A stretch of DNA of 42,107 nt, from positions 1-42,107 of the forward strand of contig JAAWEX010000001.1 of NCBI GenBank assembly GCA_022794495.1, read 5' to 3'. Each line of letters opens with the position of its first letter. Position 1 is the stretch's first letter. The notes under the pieces are model-generated. The model searched no databases. It was given only the letters and a program-made list of their open reading frames with translations, and had not been told where the DNA came from. The stretch comes from Lawsonibacter sp. (lineage in GTDB: Bacteria > Bacillota > Clostridia > Oscillospirales > Oscillospiraceae). Positions 27,475 to 37,168 of this stretch are shown piece after piece. A program made the position numbers and the translations under genes.

Positions 27475-28340
27475 CAGGTTTTTCCATATAGCTTGTTTTG
27501 AGACCGCCATTCACGTGGCGATACGCCGTAGCGCTGTTTGAAGGCCTTGGAAAATTGGAGTTGATTGGGATAACCGCACGAAGCGGAAATATTGCTGATT
27601 GCCATGGATGTATTTCTCATTAAATCTGCTGCTTTTATCAGCCGCAGACGGATCAGAAATTCTTGAGGGGGCACCCCCTTTTTCTCCTTAAAAAGCTTGC
27701 TGAAATAACTTCGATTGAGCCGGCAGGCATTCGCAATCTCCTCAACTGTTATATTGCGCTGGTAATGAAGTTCCATATAACTGATCGCTTCCTGCACATA
27801 AAAGTCCCGAAACTGCGTCTGGTGTTTCTCCTGCCGTGTGGTGGAGGATTGGATCAGTGCATCCAAAAAGAGACACAGATGGCCAATTAAGCAAAGCGTT
27901 GAATCTCTGGAATGGCCGGCAATATACAGCATAATATCCCGTACCTGCTCCGACTGTTCCACACTCTTGGGCCGGTAGATTGGCTGCACAGCACTCAGTC
28001 CTGCCTCATTTAGATATTCAGTTGCCCGCAGACCGTCAAACTCCAGCCAAACATATTTCCAAGGCTCCGCCTGGTCCGCACTGTACATGTTGATTTGACC
28101 AGGAGAAATCAGAAACCCCTGCCCAGCTTCCAGGTCATATCGCTGGACAGTTCCATCTGCCGCAGTGGCATCCAAAAAACCTCGACCAGAAATCACATAG
28201 TGAAATAGGTAATGGTTCCGGATAAATGGTCCAAAGGAATGGAGCGGGGTACACTGTTCCCAACCAGTTTGAAATAATCTGAAGTTTAATAATTCTTCAT
28301 TTGGGAAGACGGAAAAGGAGAAATTGTCCATTTTATCCAT
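27474..28340 (-). CDS. AraC-family regulator (MsmR-like)
   Basis: GWEQCTPLHSFGP...YLFHYVISGRG; C-terminal double HTH (LNRSYFSKLFK, FSKAFKQRYGVSP). Confidence 0.92.
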   Translation of the reverse strand: MDKMDNFSFSVFPNEELLNFRLFQTGWEQCTPLHSFGPFIRNHYLFHYVISGRGFLDATAADGTVQRYDLEAGQGFLISPGQINMYSADQAEPWKYVWLEFDGLRATEYLNEAGLSAVQPIYRPKSVEQSEQVRDIMLYIAGHSRDSTLCLIGHLCLFLDALIQSSTTRQEKHQTQFRDFYVQEAISYMELHYQRNITVEEIANACRLNRSYFSKLFKEKKGVPPQEFLIRLRLIKAADLMRNTSMAISNISASCGYPNQLQFSKAFKQRYGVSPREWRSQNKLYGKT

Positions 28341-28464
28341 GCCTGATACCCCATTTCTTTTGCGAGTGCCAAAGAGCATAACTCTCAATCAGCACATTCT
28401 GCCTGGAGTAAGCCGATTATATCACATAAAAGCTCTAGAATCAATAAAGTCAGCTGAAAGGCCC

Positions 28465-28763
28465 TCAACCGCCCTCGTTCGAGGCATGGCCGCAAAAGTT
28501 CAAAAGCTGGGCTGTCCGCCGGCTGGCTTCGACGCCTGTGTGACATCCAGCGTACTGCCCGGCTCCGGGCATACTCTGTGCATCGTGGATACCGCTCCAG
28601 CCACGGCGGCCTGACCGACGGCTGCGCCGGCATTACCAGGGAAATGGGGACGGTGGCCGCTTATTTCCAGAAGAAGGTCCTGCGGGAGGTGCCTGAGGGA
28701 GAAATCCATAAAAATTTCCCTGCCCTTTGGAAGGAGTGCGGCGACCGGGCCAGGCCTCTGTAA
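28465..28763 (+). pseudogene. galK: galactokinase remnant (internal deletion plus frameshift)
   Basis: ALVRGMAA...GFDACVTSSVLPGSG (start of the GHMP ATP motif) joined to HTLCIVDT, then after a frameshift SSHGGLTD...EMGTVAAYFQKKVLREV...CGDRA, resembling Clostridial galactokinases. Confidence 0.65.
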
Positions 28764-28795
28764 CACGATTTCTTGACAAAATCATCAAACTATCC

Positions 28796-29845
28796 CTACT
28801 CCAGCTGGATACCGCGAAATACTTTTTCCAGCTGCGGAATAGGGGCGCTATGCTGGACACATCGCACGGGGCGGCGGCGGTAGATGCTGTAACAGCCGTT
28901 GCAGGCCAGACAGGCGCTCTCATCCAGCTCCCCTGACCGCAGTCTGGCCACAAAGTCCGGCTGACAGATCAGGGCCCGGCTGAAAGAAACAAAGGGAATT
29001 CCTGCCGCAAGTACCTGCTCCGCATCCGTACGCGAGAATATTCCCCCCACCAAAATCAGCGGGAGGGCAGTGCTTGCCTGTGCGGCGGCGGCCTCCTCCA
29101 GATAAAAAGGCTTTTTGCATCCGGGTCTGGTGTTAAAATCCACGCCGCTGATTTCCGCGCCGTCCACGCCGGTCTCCCGCAAAAGCTCCAGCAGGCGGTG
29201 GAGGTCGCCGGAGCCATTGGCGTCGATCTTCACCAGCAGGGCAAACCGGGGACCGCAGGCGGCGCGTATTTCCCTCAGAATACGCGCCGGCAGACGGAAC
29301 CTGTTTTCCAAACTGCCTCCATACTGGTCGGTCCGCCTGTTGCCCTGGGGATTCAGAAAGGAAGAGAGCAGGTAGCCATGGGCGCAATGAATCTGCACCC
29401 CATCCAGGCCGGCCTGGAGGCATAGCTGGGCGGCCTGGACAAATTGGAGCACAAGCCGGTCCAACTCCAGCGGCGAGAAGTCCTCCGGCGCTTTTGCAGG
29501 CCTTCCGTTGACCTGTGGCAGGGCTTTGGGGCCGCTGTGGCTGAGCTGCATCACCAGCCTGCTCCCGCAGAGGTGGACTCCCTCGGCGGCCCGGCGGAGC
29601 AGGTCGAGCCCGGCGCGGCTGTCCAGTACAGGCTGGCCCTCGTCCGCCCGCTGGTCCCGGTCCACACAGACATGGCCCGTTATCACCAGGCCAACCTGAT
29701 TTTGGGCCAGCTCGATCAGGGTATCTGCCCAGATATGAGTAAACTGGCCGTCTGGTTCGGCCAGATGCTCGTTAGTGGCGGAGCGCACTGTCCGGTTACG
29801 CAACGTCAGGGGGCCGAGCTGGGCATGCTCCCATAAATCATACAT
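28796..29845 (-). CDS. NADH:flavin oxidoreductase (old yellow enzyme family)
   Basis: LRNRTVRSAT, QLSHSG, DGVQIHCAHGYLLSSFL, NRRTDQYGGSLENR, C-terminal CLACNGC. Confidence 0.92.
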   Translation of the reverse strand: MYDLWEHAQLGPLTLRNRTVRSATNEHLAEPDGQFTHIWADTLIELAQNQVGLVITGHVCVDRDQRADEGQPVLDSRAGLDLLRRAAEGVHLCGSRLVMQLSHSGPKALPQVNGRPAKAPEDFSPLELDRLVLQFVQAAQLCLQAGLDGVQIHCAHGYLLSSFLNPQGNRRTDQYGGSLENRFRLPARILREIRAACGPRFALLVKIDANGSGDLHRLLELLRETGVDGAEISGVDFNTRPGCKKPFYLEEAAAAQASTALPLILVGGIFSRTDAEQVLAAGIPFVSFSRALICQPDFVARLRSGELDESACLACNGCYSIYRRRPVRCVQHSAPIPQLEKVFRGIQLE

Positions 29846-29869
29846 CAAGCGTCCTCCTCTCAGCGCAAC

Positions 29870-31192
29870 TCAGTGGAAATTCTCCTGGGCGTACCGGGTC
29901 AGCTCCTCCCGGAAGTCGGGGTGCGCCACAGAGATCATTGCCTGAGCCCGCTCTAACAGCGACAGACCAGAGAGCTTTACCACACCGTACTCGGTAGCCA
30001 CATACTGGATCATGGTGCGGGGGGCGGAGACGGTGCTGCCACTGGGGATCGCCGCTACAATATTGGATTTCCGCGTCCCGGTCTTGTCCACCCGGGAGGA
30101 GTTGATGCAGACAAAGCCCTTTCCGCCCTGAGAGCGGAATGCTCCCTCCAAAAAATCCATCTGTCCGCCGATGCCCGACAGCTGCCGGGTGCCGGCGGAT
30201 TCGCCGTTCTCCTGCCCCATCAGGTCCAGCTGCACGCCGCCGTTGATACTGATGAAATTCTTCAATTCAGCCATGCGGTAGGGGTTGTGGATGTAGTCCA
30301 GGTCGCCGGGGTGGAAGAGCTCCGGCTCCGTGCCCAGCCAGTCATACAGCTCCTGGGAGCCCATGGCCAGATTCCAGGCGGACAGGCCGGTATCCAGCTC
30401 CTTTCGGGCGTTGGTCAGCTTGCCGGCCTGATAGAGCGTCATAAAGGCGTCGCTGATGGTGCCAGTGTGACAGCCGATATCCTTCAGATCGGACTGTGCG
30501 ATCATATTGGCCACCGTGAAGGGCACGCCCCCCACACCCAGGGCGAGGACCGCGCCGTCAGGGATCTCTGCCACCACCAGCTCCGCAATCTTTTTGTCAA
30601 TCTCAGAGGCTTCCTTGTAGCTGCGCACCGGAAGGGGCTCGTGTTCGCCCTCTACAATGTAGTCGGCCTCGGACAGGCTGACCCGGTGGGACCCGTCCAC
30701 CCCCTGGAGCCGGGGCAGGCGCTCGTTGATCTCAAAGACCACGGTGCGGGCGTTTTCAAGAATAGTGCGCCAGGCGAAATTGGAGATGCCCAGCCCGCAG
30801 CAGCCCTGGTCATCGGGCTTTGAGACAGGCACAAAGGCCACGTCCACCCGAATGTGGTTCCGGTACAGCTCCGGCAGGGAGCGCAGCATCACCGGCAGGA
30901 ATTTCACCAGTCCCCGGCTCTGGAGCCTGCGCTCATAGTCACCGATGTGCCAGCTGTAGTAGGTAAAGGAGCTCTGCTCCGGGTCCTGCTCTACTACCTC
31001 AATCCGGGGCCGAATCACCAGTCCGCCCCGAATCTTCACATCCTTCAGTTCACCTTTCCGTCCGGCCAGAGCCCGGTCCATCAGCTCCGGAAAGCCCGCC
31101 CCGAAGCCGTAGTCCACCCAGTCTCCGGACTGCACCGCCTTGGCCGCAGCCTCTTCCGGGGTAACAAATTTACTTTTGTACTCCGCCAACAT
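29870..31192 (-). CDS. acyl-CoA:acetate CoA-transferase (But/4Hbt-like family)
   Basis: SGDWVDYG, KIRGG, LGVGGVP, DLMGQ..GESAGTRQLSGIGGQMDF, YVATEYG, VAHPDFREEL. Confidence 0.9.
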   Translation of the reverse strand: MLAEYKSKFVTPEEAAAKAVQSGDWVDYGFGAGFPELMDRALAGRKGELKDVKIRGGLVIRPRIEVVEQDPEQSSFTYYSWHIGDYERRLQSRGLVKFLPVMLRSLPELYRNHIRVDVAFVPVSKPDDQGCCGLGISNFAWRTILENARTVVFEINERLPRLQGVDGSHRVSLSEADYIVEGEHEPLPVRSYKEASEIDKKIAELVVAEIPDGAVLALGVGGVPFTVANMIAQSDLKDIGCHTGTISDAFMTLYQAGKLTNARKELDTGLSAWNLAMGSQELYDWLGTEPELFHPGDLDYIHNPYRMAELKNFISINGGVQLDLMGQENGESAGTRQLSGIGGQMDFLEGAFRSQGGKGFVCINSSRVDKTGTRKSNIVAAIPSGSTVSAPRTMIQYVATEYGVVKLSGLSLLERAQAMISVAHPDFREELTRYAQENFH

Positions 31193-31275
31193 TGTTTTTC
31201 CCCCTTAACTTGCATAATATCATATTTTATTGGAAAAGCCCGGCTTTTGCAAGCCGGACTTTTTGATTTTGAAAA

Positions 31276-32652
31276 TTACTCCGCCCAGATTTCCTCATCG
31301 GACGGGATGTACATATTGGGCACCTTGTAGGAGATGCGGCTGACATTCATCAGGTGCGTGTACCACAAATTCTCGCTAATGATGTTGTTGCCCCAGGTGC
31401 CGCAGCCCAGAGTGGTGGTGGGATTCAGGCCGTTGTCCATAGCCCCGCCCAGGGCGGTGCCGCCCACCTGGTTGACGGCGTAACGAGAGACGTTGACCAC
31501 GCCGGGAACCGCCTCGATATGCTCGGCAGTGTTGGAGTGGATGACCACGCTGTGGCCCATGCCCTCCATAGCCAGGTTGGCCCGGGCAATCTCCATGCAT
31601 TCCTCCCAGCTGTCATACAGGAACAGCGCCAGCATGGGGAACAGCTTCTCCTTGGACAGCACTTCATCCCGCGCGTAGCCCTTAGTGCAGCACACCAGAA
31701 CCTTGCTGTCAGCGGGCACGCCCTCCAGGCCGGCCAGGTCGGCCATCTGCTGGACGGTGGTGCCAGTCCATTCCTTATTGAAGATGCCGCCGGGGAAAGC
31801 GCTGTCGCGCACCTTGTCCGCTTCCTCCTGGGTGCCGATGTAATAGGCGCCGTTGGCCCGCAGCGCGGCGATCATCTCCTCCGCCTTGTCCCGGGGGCAA
31901 ATGACATTCTGCTCGCAGGTACACAGCACGCCATTGTCGAAGGTACGGCCGGCAATGACCATTTTGGCCACCTCGTCATAGTCCACATCCCGGTCCACCA
32001 ATACCTGGACGTTGCCCTGTCCCACGCCGTAGACCGGCTTGCCGGAGGAGTAAGCGGTCTTAACCAGAGCGGGGCCGCCGGTACACATACACAGGTCCAC
32101 AGACCGCATCAGGCCGGCGGACAGCTCCATGGTGGGCTCGGGGATAATCTGGATCAGGTTCTTGGGCATGCCCAGTTGATCCAGGGCCTCGTTCATCAGC
32201 TCCACGGTGCGCACGCCCACGCCCTTGGCACGGGGATGGGGACAGATAATGACGGCGTTGCCGCACTTCAAGGCACACATGGAGTTATGCATGGGGTTGA
32301 TGACCGGGTTGGTGGTGGCGGTAACGCAGCCCACCACGCCAATGGGCTTGGCCACCTTGACAATACCGTTGACCTCGTCCCGCTCGATGATGCCCCGGCT
32401 CTTCTTATCCTTCATCCGCCACCAGGTGCTCTTGGATTTGTTCTCACACTTGGCTTTCTTGCTGTCGTACCGGCCCATGCGGGTCTCGTCCACCGCCATA
32501 TGGGCCAGCTCTTCCGCATGGTCATAGACCGCCTTGCCGATGGCCCGGACCGCCTTGTCCACGTCCTCCTGAGACAGCTTCGCAAAGGCCTCCTGGGCCG
32601 TCCGGGCCTTCGCTACCAACTCATTCAAATATTCTTGGACATCCATATTCAT
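31276..32652 (-). CDS. CoA-acylating aldehyde dehydrogenase (SucD-like)
   Basis: KPIGVV, TNP, TGG, AYSSGKP.YGVGQGN, FDNGVLCTCEQ, KEKLFP, NPTTTLGCGTWG, EEIW; resembles clostridial succinate-semialdehyde dehydrogenase. Confidence 0.88.
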   Translation of the reverse strand: MNMDVQEYLNELVAKARTAQEAFAKLSQEDVDKAVRAIGKAVYDHAEELAHMAVDETRMGRYDSKKAKCENKSKSTWWRMKDKKSRGIIERDEVNGIVKVAKPIGVVGCVTATTNPVINPMHNSMCALKCGNAVIICPHPRAKGVGVRTVELMNEALDQLGMPKNLIQIIPEPTMELSAGLMRSVDLCMCTGGPALVKTAYSSGKPVYGVGQGNVQVLVDRDVDYDEVAKMVIAGRTFDNGVLCTCEQNVICPRDKAEEMIAALRANGAYYIGTQEEADKVRDSAFPGGIFNKEWTGTTVQQMADLAGLEGVPADSKVLVCCTKGYARDEVLSKEKLFPMLALFLYDSWEECMEIARANLAMEGMGHSVVIHSNTAEHIEAVPGVVNVSRYAVNQVGGTALGGAMDNGLNPTTTLGCGTWGNNIISENLWYTHLMNVSRISYKVPNMYIPSDEEIWAE

Positions 32653-32679
32653 AATAAAAAGCTCCTCTCAATAAATTCA

Positions 32680-32692
32680 TCAGATCATCTGA
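32680..32692. promoter_or_regulatory. FadR/GntR-type operator palindrome
   Basis: TCAGAT-C-ATCTGA perfect palindrome upstream of the ALDH gene; related copies at 37053, 37124 and 37911. Confidence 0.65.
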
Positions 32693-32759
32693 CTTTTTTG
32701 CCGGGGAAAAACAGTCACGCTCCCCAGACCGCCAGATTTTACACCTGGACCTGGTCTGG

Positions 32760-33908
32760 CTACAGTGTTTTCCGGTAGAGCATCTCCACATCCTTGCTGG
32801 TGGTCTGCCGGGGATTGGTCAGGATGTTGCCGCTCTTCATGGCGTCCGCCGTCATTTCAGGAATCTTGTCCTCGGTGACTCCCACCTCGGACAGGGTGGC
32901 GGGGATGCCCAGCTCCCTATTCAGCTGGCGCAGGGCGTCGGCCAGCATGTCGGGGGTAAAGGAGTCGTCCGCAATTTTGCCGTTCGCGATGTAGCTGTAG
33001 ATTTTGCGGTAGCGGCCGTTGTCGGCCAGGGCGTTGAACTCCACAATGTTGGGCAGGAGGATGGAGTTGGCCACGCCGTGGGCTACATGGAAGAAGCCGC
33101 TGACAGGATGGCTCATGGCGTGTACATTGCCCAGCTTGGCCCAGGCGAAAGAGATGCCGGCCAGGGTGGAGCCCAGCATCATGCTGCATGCGGCCTCCTC
33201 GTTGTCTCGAGAGGCGACGAACCGGCGGATACTGCCGCCAATCAGCTCCATGGCTTTCTCCGCCATAGCGTCGGTGAAGGGATTGGCCTCCTTAGAGACG
33301 TAGGCCTCCAGCGCATGGATGAATGCGTCAACGCCGCAGGACGCGGCCACGCCGGCAGGCAGGGACATAATCATCTCCGGGTCCAGCAGGGCATAGCTGG
33401 GGATCAGGTTGTAGCTGATGATCGCCATCTTGTAGTTGGTGGAGGCGTCGGTAATGACGGAGGAGGCGGTAACCTCACTGCCGGTTCCTGCGGTGGTGGG
33501 GATGGCAATCAGGGGGATGGTGGGACCCGGGACCTTCTGGAAGCCCACATAGTCGGTGACCTTGCCGCCGTAGGTGGCAAGAATCCCCACAGCCTTGGCC
33601 ACATCCATAGGACTGCCTCCCCCCAGCGCTACCACACACTTGGCGCCGGAGGCCTTGTAGCCCTCCAGGGCGGCGTGGACAATGTCGATGGTGGGGTTGG
33701 GCTGAACATCCAGGAAGTCGCTGCATTTCACGCCGGCCTCGGTGATGATCTTCTCCACCCGGTCCACCACACCCACACCCTTCAGGCCTGGGTCGCTGAT
33801 GAGGTAGACCGCGTCACAGCCGGCACTTTTGAGAACCTCCGGCAGGCGGTTCAGGCAGCCTTTGCCGAAAATAATGTCCTGGGGAATCTTGAAGCTGAAG
33901 TCTTTCAT
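32760..33908 (-). CDS. iron-containing alcohol dehydrogenase
   Basis: GGGSPMD, IPTTAGTGSE, DAFIHALE, HAMSH, HGVAN. Confidence 0.94.
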   Translation of the reverse strand: MKDFSFKIPQDIIFGKGCLNRLPEVLKSAGCDAVYLISDPGLKGVGVVDRVEKIITEAGVKCSDFLDVQPNPTIDIVHAALEGYKASGAKCVVALGGGSPMDVAKAVGILATYGGKVTDYVGFQKVPGPTIPLIAIPTTAGTGSEVTASSVITDASTNYKMAIISYNLIPSYALLDPEMIMSLPAGVAASCGVDAFIHALEAYVSKEANPFTDAMAEKAMELIGGSIRRFVASRDNEEAACSMMLGSTLAGISFAWAKLGNVHAMSHPVSGFFHVAHGVANSILLPNIVEFNALADNGRYRKIYSYIANGKIADDSFTPDMLADALRQLNRELGIPATLSEVGVTEDKIPEMTADAMKSGNILTNPRQTTSKDVEMLYRKTL

Positions 33909-33933
33909 AATAATTGCACCTCTTTCAAATCGA

Positions 33934-35235
33934 TCATGCTGCTGCCGCACTGCGCATCATATGGACCAGGAACAGGGAAATACCTGGGATGTAGGTGACC
34001 AGCATCAGAACAAGAACCAACGCGATGAACATGGGGATCACTTTTTTCACCTGCTCTGAAAATACCACACGCTTGTCGATTCCGTTGGCGACAAACAGGT
34101 TAATCCCAAGGGGAGGCGTAATCAGGCCCATGGTCAGGTTCATCACCATGACCACGCCAAACTGGATGGGATCATAGCCCAGAGAGGTAACCAGCGGGTA
34201 GAGGATAGGGGTATAGATGTAGGTAGAGGCGGTGGTCTCCATGAAGCAGCCGTTGATGAGCAGAATGATATTGATAAACAGAAGAATGAGTATCCAGTTA
34301 TCCGTAATACCCAGCACCAGGGCGGAGAGCTTGGCGGGCACCTGCTGCTTGGTAACAACAAAGCTGAAAATATTAGCGGTGGCCACGATGAACATAATCA
34401 TGGAGGAGGTCTTTACCGCGTCGAAGCTGATGTCGATCATGTCAGTAAGCTTGACCCCCTTGTAGATCAGCCAGGAGGCCAAGAAGCCGTAGACGCAGGC
34501 CACAGCGGCGGCCTCAGTGGGGGTAAACAGGCCGGAGTAAATTCCGCCCAGAATGATAACCGGCATAAGGATAGCCCAAATGGCAGTACGCAGAGCCCGG
34601 AAGACGCCCCGCGGGCTGATCCCCTTTTTCCGGGAGCCCCAGCCGTTTTTAGAGGCAGCGTAGACGGACAGGACACACAGGGCAACGCCCATCAGAATGC
34701 CGGGGATGGCGCCGGCGGCGAACAGCTCGCTGACCGACTCGCCGGTAATAAGCGCGTAGTTGACAAAGGGAATACTGGGGGGAATGATGCAGCCGATAAT
34801 TCCGCCAGAGGCGGCCAGGGCCGCAGAGAATCCGGCGGGGTAGCCGTCATCAATCATCTGGGGGATCATAATGCCGCCGATGGCCGCCACGGTGGCGGGG
34901 GCGGAGCCGGAGATGGCCGCAAAAAACATGCAGGCCACAACGGTCACCACGCCCAGGGAGCCGGGCATCCAGCCCAGCAGCTCATAGCACAGGTCTACAA
35001 TCTGCTTGGAGATTCCGCCCCGGCCCATAATGGCGCCGGCCAGTACGAAAAGGGGGATGGCGATCAGGACAGTGGAGTCCAGGGCGGTTACCATCCGCTG
35101 TACCGAGACGAACAGCTGGGATGAGTTGGCGCCGGCGATCATGGCCGCCATGGGCGCCACGCCGATACAGACCGCCACCGGCGCGCCGATGACCAGGAAG
35201 ATAGCTAAAACAACAAATAGTGTGGCAATCACCAT
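33934..35235 (-). CDS. dctM: TRAP transporter large permease DctM
   Basis: AIPLFVLAG, FFAAISGS, IIPPSI, FTPTEAAAV, GLITPPLG. Confidence 0.94.
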   Translation of the reverse strand: MVIATLFVVLAIFLVIGAPVAVCIGVAPMAAMIAGANSSQLFVSVQRMVTALDSTVLIAIPLFVLAGAIMGRGGISKQIVDLCYELLGWMPGSLGVVTVVACMFFAAISGSAPATVAAIGGIMIPQMIDDGYPAGFSAALAASGGIIGCIIPPSIPFVNYALITGESVSELFAAGAIPGILMGVALCVLSVYAASKNGWGSRKKGISPRGVFRALRTAIWAILMPVIILGGIYSGLFTPTEAAAVACVYGFLASWLIYKGVKLTDMIDISFDAVKTSSMIMFIVATANIFSFVVTKQQVPAKLSALVLGITDNWILILLFINIILLINGCFMETTASTYIYTPILYPLVTSLGYDPIQFGVVMVMNLTMGLITPPLGINLFVANGIDKRVVFSEQVKKVIPMFIALVLVLMLVTYIPGISLFLVHMMRSAAAA

Positions 35236-35285
35236 ATTATCACCTCATTTAATCGGGGTACCTGCGCACGTTCCTCGTGCGCAGG

Positions 35286-35780
35286 TCACTCGCGGGGCTG
35301 GAGATAGGATTTGTGCCGGAAAATCTGGAGCAGCATGTGGACAATTCCGATGATGCTGCTCACCGGCACGATCCCATAAATCATATACATGGGTACATGA
35401 AGCGCGGGGGAGGTCTGGCCGCTGCGGATAATCCGGTCTACCAGCACAAAGCCATAGTAGACGGTAACACACAGAAACGCGATGGTTACAACGTCAGACA
35501 GCAGCCGGAAGTACTTCCGGCTCTTTTCCGGAAAACATTTTTCCACAAAGATGCTGACGCCAATATGCGTGCCGCTGTAGCGCCAGCCGGCGGCAATGCC
35601 CAGGAAAGAGGTGTAAACGCACATGTACCGGATGATCTCGTCGCCCCAGTTGAAAGAAAAGTGGAACATATACCGCAGGATGACGTTCATCACCATAATA
35701 ACAGCCATTGCCATAATAAGAATGCTGGAAATAAGCTTGGTAATCGGGGTCTTGTCTATAAAGTCAATAACCTTTTTCAT
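35286..35780 (-). CDS. dctQ: TRAP transporter small permease DctQ
   Basis: 4 TM helices, NVILRY, W.DEI.RY, SPALHVPM. Confidence 0.88.
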   Translation of the reverse strand: MKKVIDFIDKTPITKLISSILIMAMAVIMVMNVILRYMFHFSFNWGDEIIRYMCVYTSFLGIAAGWRYSGTHIGVSIFVEKCFPEKSRKYFRLLSDVVTIAFLCVTVYYGFVLVDRIIRSGQTSPALHVPMYMIYGIVPVSSIIGIVHMLLQIFRHKSYLQPRE

Positions 35781-35842
35781 ATATTGCCTCCTCACGGCGG
35801 TATTCTGTCCGGCCGGGCCCGGCCCGGCCGGACAGAGGTCCC

Positions 35843-36919
35843 TTAACCCTTTACGTCGGCTACGGCGGCCTTGAAAGAGTCCACCAAATCGTCGCCCACC
35901 TTGCCGCGGATGGCGGCCTCAACATCGGCGGTGGCGTCTACAAAGAGCTGCTTCTGCTCGTCGGTGGGGTAGTAGACCTTCAGGCCCTTACCCTCCATCT
36001 CGGCCAGGTAGTCCTTCTCGTTCTGGAGGTTGAACTCCCGCTCGTACTGGCAGTACTTCGCGCCGTACTCCTCCATGAGAGCCTGGAGGTCAGCGGGCAG
36101 TTTGTTCCAGGCCTCGCTGCTCATTACCACAATGTAGGGGTCGTAGATGTGGGGGAAGTAGGTCATGTACTTGACCACCTCGTTAAAGCCCATGGAGTAG
36201 GTCAGAGCGATGCCGTTCTCCTGACCATCCACGGTGCCCTGCTGCAGAGCGGTGTACAGCTCAGAGAAAGCCACAGGAGTGGCGGAGGCGCCCAGTGCGT
36301 TGACCAGCTGCATGTGCAGATCGTTCTCTTGGGTGCGGATCTTCAGGCCAGCCATATCAGTGGGGGTCTGGATTTCTTTCTTGGAGTTGGAGAACATACG
36401 CAGGGAGTTGTCGCACCAGCCCAGGAACTTCCAGCCAGCATCCTCCTCGGTGCGGCGGCCCAGCTCTTTGCCAAACTCGCCGTCATAGACAGCCCAGCCT
36501 GTCTCGTAGTCGTCAATGAGGTAGGGCATAGAGGTGATATACATGTCCTCGCTGAAGCCGGCCACGATGCCGGAGGAGATAACCGCGCAGTCCACGGTGC
36601 CCAGGGTGATGCCCTCCAGGGTTTCACGCTCGGCCCCCAGCTGAGAGGCCGGGTAGTGCTCAATAATCAGGCGGCCATTGGAGGCTTCTTTTAGCTCTTC
36701 AGCCATCTTCTCGGTGGCCAAGGCAAGCCGGTCATTGGTGGAGGAGGAGTGGGCCCAGGAGAGGGTATAGACGGTGTTGTCGCCGGTGGCTGGGGCGTTG
36801 CTCTTGTCGCCGGTGGCGCTGCCCGGATTGTTGGGGGTGCTGTTGCCGCCGCAGCTGGCCATGGCAAGACACATGGCGCAGGTCAGCAGGGCGCTGATAA
36901 ATCTTTTGGTCTTTTTCAT
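35843..36919 (-). CDS. dctP: TRAP transporter substrate-binding lipoprotein DctP
   Basis: Lipobox AMASC, SQLGAE, GLKIRT, FSELYTALQQGTVDGQEN. Confidence 0.93.
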   Translation of the reverse strand: MKKTKRFISALLTCAMCLAMASCGGNSTPNNPGSATGDKSNAPATGDNTVYTLSWAHSSSTNDRLALATEKMAEELKEASNGRLIIEHYPASQLGAERETLEGITLGTVDCAVISSGIVAGFSEDMYITSMPYLIDDYETGWAVYDGEFGKELGRRTEEDAGWKFLGWCDNSLRMFSNSKKEIQTPTDMAGLKIRTQENDLHMQLVNALGASATPVAFSELYTALQQGTVDGQENGIALTYSMGFNEVVKYMTYFPHIYDPYIVVMSSEAWNKLPADLQALMEEYGAKYCQYEREFNLQNEKDYLAEMEGKGLKVYYPTDEQKQLFVDATADVEAAIRGKVGDDLVDSFKAAVADVKG

Positions 36920-37052
36920 GTTATAACATCCTTTCCTTAATCGAAGTTTTGCCGTTGGTCGGTCCACTGCAAATTCCTGATTCGCATTCCACCTTCCTCC
37001 ATTTAAAGCCTTGATTCAAGTTATTTCATCAAAAGGTCCAGCGGTTAAGGCA

Positions 37053-37136
37053 TCATATCATCAGACCTATTTGACGTGCAGTGTATAATACCACTCTGGT
37101 AAATCTTCGGCGCTTCTATAACATCAGGTCATCAGA
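37053..37136. promoter_or_regulatory. two FadR/GntR-type operator sites upstream of dctP
   Basis: TCATATCATCAGA (37053-37065) and TCAGGTCATCAGA (37124-37136). Confidence 0.55.
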
Positions 37137-37168
37137 TCTTTTTCTTATAGCTCCACATCCGCAGTCTA

